A stretch of DNA of 35,449 nucleotides from Candidatus Micrarchaeota archaeon (GCA_964643685.1 CAZXTN010000005.1:27260-62708), one strand, 5' to 3'. Numbered from the stretch's first letter, positions 26,524 through 35,449 are shown. Notes: a model not told the origin generated them from the letters alone. A program made the numbers and translations.

Positions 26524-28632
26524 TTAATTTTTTGATTTGGTTGCTGATTTTGTTTTTGTTACTTTTGCCTTTTTCTTGCTTTCAGCTGCTGCTTTTTTCT
26601 CTGCTTTTGCTTTGCTTGCTTTTTTCCAAGCATCTTTTGTAGGACAATTCATATCAAGGCACATTTCAAAAGGACGCATCTTCGCCCTAATTACCCTGAC
26701 TATTGGAGTGCCACATTTGTCGCACACCCTTCCAGTTGGAACAATCTTCGCTTTTTGAGGAAGAGGGTAACTGTTTGAACATCCTTTATTGTAATTAGAG
26801 CACCCTACAAACTGCTTCTTTGTTTTTCTCGAACGGAGTATTCGTAAATCTCCTCCGCATGACGGGCACTTGCCTACAATGTAATCGTCGCTGCTTGCTT
26901 GCCTTAAATCCTGTGAAACTTTTTCTCTGTTCTCCTGAAGTTTTTTCAGGACGCTGTGAAGCATTTTTCTAGAGTCATTCACTACCTCTTGTTTTGTCTT
27001 TTTGCCTTGCTCTACTTCATCCATTTCTTTTTCAATGTCCGCAGTCATCTTCGGCTTGGTAATGTCTTCGCCGTATTTTTCAAGAGCTTCGATTACAGCA
27101 AAAGCAATTTGAGAAGGAGTGAAATTCTGCTTTCCCTGTACATACCCTCTGTCAATTAGTTTTTGAAGAATTTCCGCTCTAGTCGCTTTTGTTCCTAAGT
27201 TGTTCTCATCCATTAACTTGATTAATCCTGAAGGAGTGTATCTTGGTTTTGGCTTTGTCTGTTTCTTTTCTTCTTTAACTTCAGATGCTTTGACTTTTTC
27301 TCCTTGCTCAAGTTTAGGAAGGAATTGTTCCTCCTGCTTTGAATAAGGATAAAATTCTTTCCATCCTCTTTCAATTATTGTCTTGCCTTTTGCTATGAAA
27401 TCCTCTCCTTTGTAATCAAGAGTGGCTTTCACTGTCTTCAGCTTGGCTTCGTCTGCAAGAGTGGCAAAAAATCTCCTTACTATTAATTCATACACTTTCC
27501 ATTCAGCTGGCTGCAGCTTCTTTTTGTTAGCAAGCTCGACTGGATGAATTGGAGGATGGTCTGTTGTTTTTTTCTTTCCCTTTGTTGGAACAAGTTTTTT
27601 CTTTTTCAATAACTTTGAAGCAAGTTCTCCGAATTCTTTTGTCTTTTCGAATTTTTTAAGAATATCCCTTAAATTCAATTCATCTGGGTAATGGGTGTTA
27701 TCTGTCCTCGGGTAAGAAGTAAGCCCTTCCATGTAAAGTTTTTCAGCTATGCTCATTGCCCTTTTCGGCTGAAGCCCAATGCTTGAAGCTGCTCTTAAAA
27801 ACTCAGTTGTGTTAAAAGGCACAGGCGGTTTCTGGTGAAGAACTCTTTCTTCTATTTTTTTAACTTCAGCTGTTTTAGAACTTAATTTTTTTATTTCATC
27901 TGCTTTTTTCTTGTCAAATAATTTTTCTTCTTTATAAACAGCTGTGAACTTGTCTTTGTTTTTTTCGCATTCAATTGACAAGACGTAATAGTTCTCTGGC
28001 TTGAATGCTCTTATTTCCTTTTCCCTGTCAACTACAAGCGCGAGAGTAGGGGTCTGCACTCTTCCAACTGACAAGAAATTTCTCCCTAATTTTCCTGAAG
28101 TAAGTGAAACATAACGAGTGAGAACAGCTCCCCATATTAAGTCAATTTCCCTGCGGGAATCAGCTGCATCAGCCAAGTTGTAGTTAAAATCAACAAGGTT
28201 CTCAAACGCTTTTTTAACTTCTGAAGGAACAAGTGAAGAGAATTTAGCTCTTTTGATTTTGATGTTTTTGTTCTTCTCTTTTATTATCTCAATTGCTTCT
28301 TTTCCAATTGACTCTCCTTCCCTGTCATAGTCAGTTGCTATTACCAACTCGTCTGCTGTTTTTGCAAAAGAATGAAGAGCCTTCTTAATTCCTCTCAGAG
28401 AGGGCTTGTATTCTATCCTGCCGTCAATCAAGTCATTTAATTCTGTCCTCTGCCAGTTGTTCAATTCTTTTGGAAAATCAACGTCAACAGCATGCCCTTT
28501 CAACGGAATAACCACATCGCCATTAAGCAGTTCAAAAACATCAATTGAACCAATTTTCCTATGCTTAGAAAGCCCTAGAATTGAAGCTATTCTCTTCGCT
28601 GCTATTGGCTTCTCTGCTATAATTAGTTTCAT
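26524..28632 (-). CDS. topA: DNA topoisomerase I (type IA) with zinc ribbons and Lys/Ala-rich tail
   Basis: IIAEKP, ATDYDREGE, SVGRVQTPTL, catalytic SYPRTD, GTKATR, and C-terminal CxxC pairs. Confidence 0.97.
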   Translation of the reverse strand: MKLIIAEKPIAAKRIASILGLSKHRKIGSIDVFELLNGDVVIPLKGHAVDVDFPKELNNWQRTELNDLIDGRIEYKPSLRGIKKALHSFAKTADELVIATDYDREGESIGKEAIEIIKEKNKNIKIKRAKFSSLVPSEVKKAFENLVDFNYNLADAADSRREIDLIWGAVLTRYVSLTSGKLGRNFLSVGRVQTPTLALVVDREKEIRAFKPENYYVLSIECEKNKDKFTAVYKEEKLFDKKKADEIKKLSSKTAEVKKIEERVLHQKPPVPFNTTEFLRAASSIGLQPKRAMSIAEKLYMEGLTSYPRTDNTHYPDELNLRDILKKFEKTKEFGELASKLLKKKKLVPTKGKKKTTDHPPIHPVELANKKKLQPAEWKVYELIVRRFFATLADEAKLKTVKATLDYKGEDFIAKGKTIIERGWKEFYPYSKQEEQFLPKLEQGEKVKASEVKEEKKQTKPKPRYTPSGLIKLMDENNLGTKATRAEILQKLIDRGYVQGKQNFTPSQIAFAVIEALEKYGEDITKPKMTADIEKEMDEVEQGKKTKQEVVNDSRKMLHSVLKKLQENREKVSQDLRQASSDDYIVGKCPSCGGDLRILRSRKTKKQFVGCSNYNKGCSNSYPLPQKAKIVPTGRVCDKCGTPIVRVIRAKMRPFEMCLDMNCPTKDAWKKASKAKAEKKAAAESKKKAKVTKTKSATKSKN

Positions 28633-28751
28633 TTTAAAAATCCTTCTTGAAGTTAAATTCGTTGAAAAAAACTAATATAAGTAATGGTATAAAAAACAAC
28701 TGGTTTTTGAATCAGAAGTTTTTTATAAAAAAATCACTTAGTTCTTGTTTA

Positions 28752-28868
28752 ATGAGCAAAGTTAAAATTCTTGAAGAAGACGAACTTCATTACGTAATAA
28801 GAGACAAGAAGGGAAGAGTTTTTTATTTAATTAAAAAAGAAGATGAAGAGATAGAGGAAGTGGAGTAA
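28752..28868 (+). pseudogene. N-terminal fragment (38 aa) of the pilus ATPase, cut off by an in-frame TAA
   Basis: ATG 28752 lies about 25 nt after TTTTATAAAA (28721-28730) and is in the same frame as 28881-30170. Only TAA 28866-28868 interrupts the frame, which continues VVEKMLK. Confidence 0.6.
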
Positions 28869-28880
28869 GTAGTTGAAAAG

Positions 28881-30170
28881 ATGCTGAAAAGGAGAGGAGT
28901 AATCAGCATAAAGAAAATGAAAGATGAGTATCCTGAGATAAAAAAAGAAATCAAAGAAGAATTTGCTAAGAAAAAAATTAAAAAAGACAGTCAGGCTCTT
29001 GTTCACGTGCTTTCAAAGATATGCGAGCCAATGGAATTAACACCTCTCATGCTTGATTACAACATTGAAGATATTCAAATAATGGGGTATGATAGGAACG
29101 TTGTTGTTTCTCACTCGCAATATGGTGTTTGCACTACAAACTTGATTTTCAGAAAAGAAAAGAAGAGGATAATGGCTATCCTTGACAGGATTCTTTTAGG
29201 AACCAACAGGCAGATAAGCCACTTGAATCCGATAATAGACGCGTCAATGACTGACGGTTCAAGAATAAACGCCACTTTACATTCAATCTCACCTGAAGGG
29301 CCTACAATAACTATAAGAAAATTCCTGCCAAAGCCAATAACAATAATAGATTTTGTAAGAAGAAAGCACATAACTCCTGAAGTAGCTGCCTTGCTGTGGC
29401 TTTACATGGATGGGTTTCAGACAATGCCTCTTAATTTCATAGTAGGGGGAGGAGTAGGAAGCGGAAAAACAACACTAGTAAATGCTTTAACTGCATTCAT
29501 TCCACCTGAAGAAGTGATGCTGACAATAGAAGACACTAAAGAATTAATTCCATTAAATGAAAACGTGATAAGCTTGCTGTCAAAACCACCTGTAATAGAA
29601 GGCACAGGGGGGATAACACAAGATTTCCTGCTTAAAGCAAGCTTGAGAAAAAATCCAGACAGGATAATAATAGGGGAAATGAGAGGAGAAGAAGCTGCTT
29701 CTCTTTTCTCAGCAATGAACATTGGAAGAAAATGCTTGACAACAATACACGCTAACTCAGCTGAAGAAGCAATAGACAGGCTGACAAACCCACCTATGAA
29801 CGTGCCTAAGGAGCTAACAAGCTTGATTGACGTTATAATAATGACAGCAAGGATAAACAAAGGAGAGAAGATAATTAGAAGAATTTTCCAAATAAGTGAA
29901 GTGATAAAAAAAGAAGGCTCAGATGAAGTTGAGATAAACCTTATTTATGAAAGAGACCCTGCAACAGATTCATTGAAAAAAGTAAATGAACTGAAAAAAG
30001 TAGAGGAGATTGCAAAAAATTCAGGCATGAGCGTTGAAGGAGTTTTGAAAGACCTTGAAAAAAGAAAAAAGATAATTGAGAAGCTTGCAGAGTCAAACGC
30101 TGACTTGATGAAAATAAAAGCAGTTATAGACAAGTATCACAGAGAAACAATCAAAAGCAGCTTAATGTAA
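28881..30170 (+). CDS. Type IV pilus / secretion ATPase (CpaF/TadA/VirB11 family)
   Basis: PIIDA...DGSRINA, ITIRKF, Walker A GGVGSGKTT, Asp box TIEDTKEL, R.NPDRIIIGEMRG.EA and TIHANSA. Confidence 0.92.
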   Translation: MLKRRGVISIKKMKDEYPEIKKEIKEEFAKKKIKKDSQALVHVLSKICEPMELTPLMLDYNIEDIQIMGYDRNVVVSHSQYGVCTTNLIFRKEKKRIMAILDRILLGTNRQISHLNPIIDASMTDGSRINATLHSISPEGPTITIRKFLPKPITIIDFVRRKHITPEVAALLWLYMDGFQTMPLNFIVGGGVGSGKTTLVNALTAFIPPEEVMLTIEDTKELIPLNENVISLLSKPPVIEGTGGITQDFLLKASLRKNPDRIIIGEMRGEEAASLFSAMNIGRKCLTTIHANSAEEAIDRLTNPPMNVPKELTSLIDVIIMTARINKGEKIIRRIFQISEVIKKEGSDEVEINLIYERDPATDSLKKVNELKKVEEIAKNSGMSVEGVLKDLEKRKKIIEKLAESNADLMKIKAVIDKYHRETIKSSLM

Positions 30171-30180
30171 AAAGAAAAGG

Positions 30181-30933
30181 TTAAAGGCGTGCAACAGCAT
30201 ACCTTCTTAAATACAATTCAGTTGCATACATTTGAATAAAAGGAAGAACAATAACAGACAAGAGAATGATTGAAACAATTTTATGCCCCCATACAAAATA
30301 CTGCCCAAGCCAAGTTTCAATTAAAAGAAGGGCAAAAAGAAGAACAGTGCTTACAACAAAGTAATATAAGAAAGAAACAGGGTATTTTTTCACAAAATTA
30401 AAAGCATCTTTCATAGAATCAATCAAATTAAAGTCTTCTATTATTAGAATCTGCGGAGTAAAAATAAACAAGCTCCAGAAAACAAGCAGGACAAACTGAG
30501 TGAAAATGTCTGAAAAGCCAAGCAAGTCAAAAACAAGTCCTAATGCAACTGAAACCAACCCCATTATAAGAAGAAAGACAAAAGTTTTGAAGATATATTT
30601 GCCAAAAGTGCTTACAACCCTTGAAAAAGCAACATGATCAAGAGTTTCCTTCAACTTGACAACGCTTACCAAAGAAGCTATGAAAAAAGACAATAGTAAA
30701 ATTGAAGCAATTGAAACAAGTAAAAAAATCACTGCTTGAAAAGCATTCAAATCATTAACAATTGAAGAAAACCTTATAAAACCAGCGCCTACATTAACAT
30801 AAGTTGAAACAAGAGGCATCAGAACCAAAGAAAACAGTATGAACAAGCTGAACAAAGCAACTAAATTCAAAGTGCTTAAATAAACTCTTGCAGTCCTTTT
30901 TAAAACATTGAACATACTGTTATTACAACTCAT
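30181..30933 (-). CDS. Multi-pass membrane protein of unknown function
   Basis: About six hydrophobic helices; ATGA overlap with mtaB. Confidence 0.8.
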   Translation of the reverse strand: MSCNNSMFNVLKRTARVYLSTLNLVALFSLFILFSLVLMPLVSTYVNVGAGFIRFSSIVNDLNAFQAVIFLLVSIASILLLSFFIASLVSVVKLKETLDHVAFSRVVSTFGKYIFKTFVFLLIMGLVSVALGLVFDLLGFSDIFTQFVLLVFWSLFIFTPQILIIEDFNLIDSMKDAFNFVKKYPVSFLYYFVVSTVLLFALLLIETWLGQYFVWGHKIVSIILLSVIVLPFIQMYATELYLRRYAVARL

Positions 30934-32186
30934 TTCTCATTTAATAAGTTTCCTAATAAGTAACCAGGCTCTGCTTTTTCAATTTTCACTTCAACAAAGC
31001 CACTTGCTTCCTGCGGAAAAATTACCTGCCTGTAATTATAGCTGCGGGAATGCATTTTTCCATCAGCAAGAGCATCTGTAACAAGGCACTTCACTTTCTC
31101 TCCAAGCATTTTCCTGTTGCTTTCCAACCTTATCTCCTCACATAACATAGTTAATTTTCTCGTCCTCTGTTTTGAAATTTTTGTAGGTACTTTTTTCATA
31201 GAAGCTGCTTTAGTATGAGGGCGAGGGTAAAACATTGAAATGTTAGTAACATCAGGCTTGGTTTGCTCAATTAATTCAACAGTCTTTTCAAAATCCTCTT
31301 CTTCTTCACCTGGAAAACCAACAATAACATCAGTCATTACAGCCAAGCCAGGCACTTCTTTCCTCAAATAATCAACTAATTCAACATACTGCTCTGCTGT
31401 GCCAACTCTGTTCATCAGCTTCAGAACCTTGTTTGAACCTGACTGAATTGGGATATGAATAAATTTAAAAACTTCTTTTTTATTCAGCATTTTAGCCCAT
31501 TCCTCTTTCCTGTCATAAACAAAATGAGGATTAGCCATGCCAACCCTGATCCAATAATCCCCTTTAACTTCTCCTGTTATTCTCTCAACAAGCTCGTAAA
31601 TGCTTGTTCCAATATCATACCCATAACAACCATTATCCTGTGAAGATAAGAGAATTTCTTTCTTGCCAAGTGAAACCAAGTCCTTAACATAAGAGATAAT
31701 ATCCTCTAATGGATAACTTGTCAAATTTCCCCTTGCATTTTTTGTTCCGCAAAAAGCACAGTTTCCGAGACAACCTTCGCTTAATTCAACAACAGCAGTA
31801 ACTGACTTATCCTGCAAATGAGGGCATTTGATTTTGTTAACATGCTCTTCTGAAAAGAATAACTTCTTTTCTTTTGATTCAACTGCTTCTTTAATTTTAT
31901 CAAGCGAGTTAGTGTCAACAACTGAAACACCTAAGCTCAATGCTCTTTTTTTATTGACTCTCGGAAGGCAGCCTGCTAAAATCACTTTTTTGCCTTTATT
32001 CTTATATTTTTCAACAAGCGAAACCATCTTGTTCTCAGTTGTAAGCTTCACAGCGCATGAATTGATGATTATAACCTCAGCTTCTTCAGGCGTTTTTGAA
32101 AAAGAGTAGTTTTTAAGACGGGCTTTGATTATCATCGAATCTGCCTTGTTGACAGTGCAACCGAAAGTATGCAAGTAAATTTTCAT
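30930..32186 (-). CDS. mtaB: tRNA (t6A37) methylthiotransferase, archaeal/eukaryotic MtaB (CDKAL1) type
   Basis: UPF0004 domain (FGC..N.ADS, NSCAVK, AGC), radical SAM CLGNCAFC.TK.ARG, HIPIQSGS, IVGFPGE and TRAM domain. Confidence 0.92.
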   Translation of the reverse strand: MKIYLHTFGCTVNKADSMIIKARLKNYSFSKTPEEAEVIIINSCAVKLTTENKMVSLVEKYKNKGKKVILAGCLPRVNKKRALSLGVSVVDTNSLDKIKEAVESKEKKLFFSEEHVNKIKCPHLQDKSVTAVVELSEGCLGNCAFCGTKNARGNLTSYPLEDIISYVKDLVSLGKKEILLSSQDNGCYGYDIGTSIYELVERITGEVKGDYWIRVGMANPHFVYDRKEEWAKMLNKKEVFKFIHIPIQSGSNKVLKLMNRVGTAEQYVELVDYLRKEVPGLAVMTDVIVGFPGEEEEDFEKTVELIEQTKPDVTNISMFYPRPHTKAASMKKVPTKISKQRTRKLTMLCEEIRLESNRKMLGEKVKCLVTDALADGKMHSRSYNYRQVIFPQEASGFVEVKIEKAEPGYLLGNLLNEK

Positions 32187-32188
32187 AA

Positions 32189-32482
32189 TTAGTTTTTGTT
32201 TATTTTGTCAAATATAAAACGAGCCAGTCCACCTACCAGTAAAGAAACTGAAAACCAGAAGTATATTGAACCATAAAACCCTCTTGTTTGCAAAACAAAA
32301 TTTCCTGAAAAAATAAGAGGAAAGAAAAGAAAACTAACCATATACAAAAAAGGAAGAAGCAGAAAAGAGTAGTACTGCTTGAAGAATTTTTTCCCAAACC
32401 CGAATTCAAGCGCAAGGCTTTCAAAAATAAAAGAAAACAAAAAACCTGAAATAATTATCAAAGCAAAGGAAAAATCATTCAT
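32189..32482 (-). CDS. Small membrane protein (about three TM helices)
   Basis: 97-aa hydrophobic ORF fitting tightly between two co-oriented genes. Confidence 0.65.
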   Translation of the reverse strand: MNDFSFALIIISGFLFSFIFESLALEFGFGKKFFKQYYSFLLLPFLYMVSFLFFPLIFSGNFVLQTRGFYGSIYFWFSVSLLVGGLARFIFDKINKN

Positions 32483-32492
32483 TTGAAAAACC

Positions 32493-32831
32493 TCATTTTT
32501 TCTTTTTTTTAACTTTCACTGCTGTGCCATAACAGCTTACTTCAACAGCTCCTGGCACCACTTGTGAAGGAGTTGAAAACCTAGCTCCTACAACTGCATT
32601 TGCTCCTAATGCTTTTGCATTCTTAAGTATTTTTGAAATCACTTCTCTTTTAGCTTTGTTTATCATGTCAGTGTATTCAGGAATTTCTCCACCTACAAAA
32701 ATCCTAAGCACTGCAATGATGTCCTTGCCTATGAATTTAGAACGAACAGAAGTAGCCCATACAAAGCCTTTAACTTCTTCTATCTCATACCCTGCAATTG
32801 TTTCTGTCGTTACAAAATGCATTCCTTTCAT
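32493..32831 (-). CDS. YbjQ / UPF0145 family protein
   Basis: TTETIAGYEI..VKG.V, VGGEI..YT, LGANAVVG.RF and YGTAVK; GAGGT RBS before ATG 32831. Confidence 0.92.
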   Translation of the reverse strand: MKGMHFVTTETIAGYEIEEVKGFVWATSVRSKFIGKDIIAVLRIFVGGEIPEYTDMINKAKREVISKILKNAKALGANAVVGARFSTPSQVVPGAVEVSCYGTAVKVKKKKK

Positions 32832-32883
32832 TCGATTAACCTCACTTATATTACAAGCCAAGTGTATTTAAACCTTGTTTTAT

Positions 32884-34407
32884 TCAATTAGCCATTCCGC
32901 TTATTGTAGGATGGACACAGTTCCAGTTTTTAATATTACAGACAACAGGAGAGGAATAAAATGAATTGCTTGTCGTAACATTCCATACTTGCTGATGAGT
33001 TGAAACATTCAAAGCATATAAAACCCCGTCATATGAACCAAAGTAAACAATTCCATTAACAACAACTGGCGAAGGATTGACATCCCCTCCTGTATGATAA
33101 GTCCACACTTCAGCACCAGTAGTTAAATTCAATACATGCAGGTAATCATCATCGCTTCCAACATACAACAAGCCTCCGCTATAAAAAGCAGATGAGGAAA
33201 TGGCATCTCCGAAAGAAGATGAAGTCCAAATCACCCTGTTAGCATCATCGCTGCTGACATTCAAAGCATAAGTCTGATTAGTATTGTTTCCATCTTCTGA
33301 CACAATCAAATAATCTCCAACAAGTAAAGGAGAAGATAAGACGTAACTATTCAATGACTTCTTCCATTTCACACTGCAATTGCTAGTGTAAAAAGCATAA
33401 GTATAATTGTAAGGAGAACCAACGCCAATGTAAGCAACATCATCTTTTACAAGAGCAGATGAAACATCATTACCTCCATCTTGAGCATAACTGCATACTT
33501 CAGAGCCATTATTGTTAATATCCAGCTTGTAAAAAGAACCGTTTCTAGTTTGTTCATAAGTACCTTCACCTACATACAAGTAGTCACCAACAATAACAGG
33601 GGAAGAGGAATAAGAATTAGCAGTGCTTAATTGAGGCTGTGAAATTGAATGATTCCATAACTGATTGCCATCAGATACATTCAAAGCATAGACATAGCCA
33701 CCCATGGCAAAATAAACAGCATCTCCTTTGATAAAAGGCGAGGAGCCAAGATAATAAATCCCTGCATTGTAAGGAGTAAACGTCCATAAAATGCTCCCAT
33801 TAGTTGCATTCAAACAGTATAACTTCCCAGCATCATTTCCAATAAATAACCTTCCATTGCTTATTCCAGGAGAAGATGTGATAGTATTAATGGATGAAAG
33901 AAGAGTAGACCAGTATTGAGTGCCATTTTCATAATAAGCGTAAACATTCCCATAATTCTTAGCAAAGAACACTACATAAACTGGCTTGATGTAATCTTCA
34001 TCAAGCTTGAAAGTAGTTTTAGGATACCCATTGCCTAAAACAAGATACTGCCCAGCAGACAATTCATCAACCAGCAAATGCAAGTCATAAAAACCAGCAT
34101 CATTAGGCTCTAAACTGGATTCATTTAATCCAAACCAGCCAACTAAAACCCCTGAACTGTTGTAAACCATGACACTCTTTTCAGCAGCAGCTCTACCTAA
34201 ATTCCTTAAAAAAGCAGCAGTGCCGTTAAAATCGCTTACAACAATATAAGGATTGTCATAATCAACACTTACAACGCTGTCCTTCTGAGTATAATCGCCA
34301 ACCCAGTACCACACGCCAATAGCTGCAATCACAGAAATTGCAATCAGCAAAACCACGCCAACAACAGGAGACAAGCCTTTCATGAACAACTTCACTTTTT
34401 TAAGCAT
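32884..34407 (-). CDS. Archaeal pilin/archaellin-type N-terminus fused to a PQQ/BamB-like beta-propeller
   Basis: MKG/LSPVVGVVLLIAISVIAAIGVW followed by repeated SSP....G.VYFGS.DG.LYALN..G...W blades; start 34407 or 34383. Confidence 0.88.
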   Translation of the reverse strand: MLKKVKLFMKGLSPVVGVVLLIAISVIAAIGVWYWVGDYTQKDSVVSVDYDNPYIVVSDFNGTAAFLRNLGRAAAEKSVMVYNSSGVLVGWFGLNESSLEPNDAGFYDLHLLVDELSAGQYLVLGNGYPKTTFKLDEDYIKPVYVVFFAKNYGNVYAYYENGTQYWSTLLSSINTITSSPGISNGRLFIGNDAGKLYCLNATNGSILWTFTPYNAGIYYLGSSPFIKGDAVYFAMGGYVYALNVSDGNQLWNHSISQPQLSTANSYSSSPVIVGDYLYVGEGTYEQTRNGSFYKLDINNNGSEVCSYAQDGGNDVSSALVKDDVAYIGVGSPYNYTYAFYTSNCSVKWKKSLNSYVLSSPLLVGDYLIVSEDGNNTNQTYALNVSSDDANRVIWTSSSFGDAISSSAFYSGGLLYVGSDDDYLHVLNLTTGAEVWTYHTGGDVNPSPVVVNGIVYFGSYDGVLYALNVSTHQQVWNVTTSNSFYSSPVVCNIKNWNCVHPTISGMAN

Positions 34408-34481
34408 TATAATTAATAAATGAAACAAATAAGTTATTTAAACACTGCGTTCATAAATGTTATAATCAGAGTTGGTTTTTA

Positions 34482-35447
34482 ATGATTGAAATTGAATTGC
34501 CTTGGACTGAAAAATACAGGCCAACAAAACTTGATGAAGTAAGTGGACATGAGCAGATAGTTGAAAGGCTTAAAGCTTATGTTGAAAAAAAGAACATGCC
34601 TAACATGCTGTTTGCAGGGCAACCTGGAATTGGAAAAACAGTATGCGCTGTCGCAATAGCACACGAGTTGTACGGTGAAAACTTCAAGCAGAATTTCCTG
34701 GAATTAAATGCAAGCGATGAAAGAGGCATTGACATAATAAGAGGCAAGATTAAGGATTTTGCAGCTTCGCTTCCATTCGGAGGAGCAAACTTTAAAATAA
34801 TATTCTTAGATGAAGCAGATGCCTTGACAAGAGATGCTCAGAATGCTTTGAGAAGAACAATGGAAAATTACGCCCGCACATGCAGGTTCATCTTATCATG
34901 CAACTATTCCTCTAAAATAATAGAGCCTATCCAGTCAAGATGCGCTTTGTTCAGATTCAAGCCACTACCAGAGGAGAAGATAATTAAAAGATTAAAGCAC
35001 ATTGCTAAAAAAGAAAATTTAAAAGTTGATGAAAAAGCATTTGAAGCACTTGTTTATGCGTCCGAAGGGGACATGAGGAAGGCAATTAATTACCTGCAGA
35101 CAGCAAGCGCATTAAACGACAAGATAACTGAAAAAGATGTTTACAAAGTAGCTGCAAGAGCAAAGCCAGATGAAATAAAAAAATTAATTGAAACTTCTAT
35201 GAAAGGAGACTTCAAAGAAGCAAGAAAATTGCTTGATTACTTGCTATTTGAGTATGGAATGAGCGGAGAAGAAGTAATGCTTCAAATATACAAAGAAGTT
35301 GTAAACAGCAAGGAACTGCTTGATTCTAAAAAAGTTGAAATCATTGACAAGCTAGGCGAATACAACTTCAGATTAACAGAAGGGGCAAACGAGAGGATAC
35401 AATTAGAATCACTAATAGCTTATCTAGTACTAACAAGCAAAAAATAA
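34482..35447 (+). CDS. rfcS: Replication factor C small subunit
   Basis: PWTEKYRP, GQPGIGKT, LELNASDERGID, DEADALT.DAQ.ALRRTME and IQSRC; no intein. Confidence 0.97.
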   Translation: MIEIELPWTEKYRPTKLDEVSGHEQIVERLKAYVEKKNMPNMLFAGQPGIGKTVCAVAIAHELYGENFKQNFLELNASDERGIDIIRGKIKDFAASLPFGGANFKIIFLDEADALTRDAQNALRRTMENYARTCRFILSCNYSSKIIEPIQSRCALFRFKPLPEEKIIKRLKHIAKKENLKVDEKAFEALVYASEGDMRKAINYLQTASALNDKITEKDVYKVAARAKPDEIKKLIETSMKGDFKEARKLLDYLLFEYGMSGEEVMLQIYKEVVNSKELLDSKKVEIIDKLGEYNFRLTEGANERIQLESLIAYLVLTSKK

Positions 35448-35449
35448 AA

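Noticed and set aside
28866-28868. Alternative genetic code or stop-codon reassignment
   Set aside because: TAA, TAG and TGA all terminate conserved genes at expected lengths elsewhere in the window; this is a single site.
306-34664. Numerous antisense and overlapping ORFs in the track (e.g. 2318-2749, 6601-7311, 8495-9124, 15113-15658, 23177-23638, 29417-29860)
   Set aside because: They are F/S/L-rich shadows of Lys/Glu-rich genes on the opposite strand, with no motifs or initiation signals.
1-35449. tRNA, rRNA, SRP or RNase P RNA, IS elements, integrases, inteins
   Set aside because: There is no GC-rich structured intergenic stretch of sufficient length and no transposase or integrase motifs, and RFC, TopA and Cdc48 have normal uninterrupted lengths.

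Overview
A gene-dense, low-GC archaeal chromosome segment. The protein families, frequent 4-nt gene overlaps and TATA boxes about 25-30 nt upstream of start codons suggest a DPANN-type archaeon, although the exact lineage cannot be fixed from this window. Housekeeping genes include an M18 aminopeptidase, rnz, nob1, pheS/pheT, rfcL, rfcS, a YchF/Ygr210 GTPase, site-2 protease, cdc48, radB, an NFACT-R protein, topA and mtaB. Interleaved with them is a large surface-appendage repertoire: about ten class III signal-peptide (type IV pilin-like) genes of three signal types, three tandem Cys-rich adhesin-like genes, a pilin-PQQ-propeller fusion and an orphan CpaF/VirB11-type ATPase. The most notable unexplained signals are: (1) a 74-bp exactly identical, in-frame repeat at the stalk/tip junction of two otherwise diverged pilin-adhesin genes; (2) a repeated 50-bp leader before ychF that creates two chained uORFs and competing hairpins over the RBS/ATG; (3) phased GTATAC operator-like arrays next to two RHH-like genes, one of which leads cdc48; (4) a single in-frame TAA splitting the pilus ATPase; and (5) orphan basic proteins, namely two nucleotidyltransferase-fold proteins (one lacking the catalytic Asp pair) and a coiled-coil protein ending in an HbYX motif. 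I found no rRNA, tRNA, CRISPR array or transposase. All calls are from motif recognition by eye; no searches were run.
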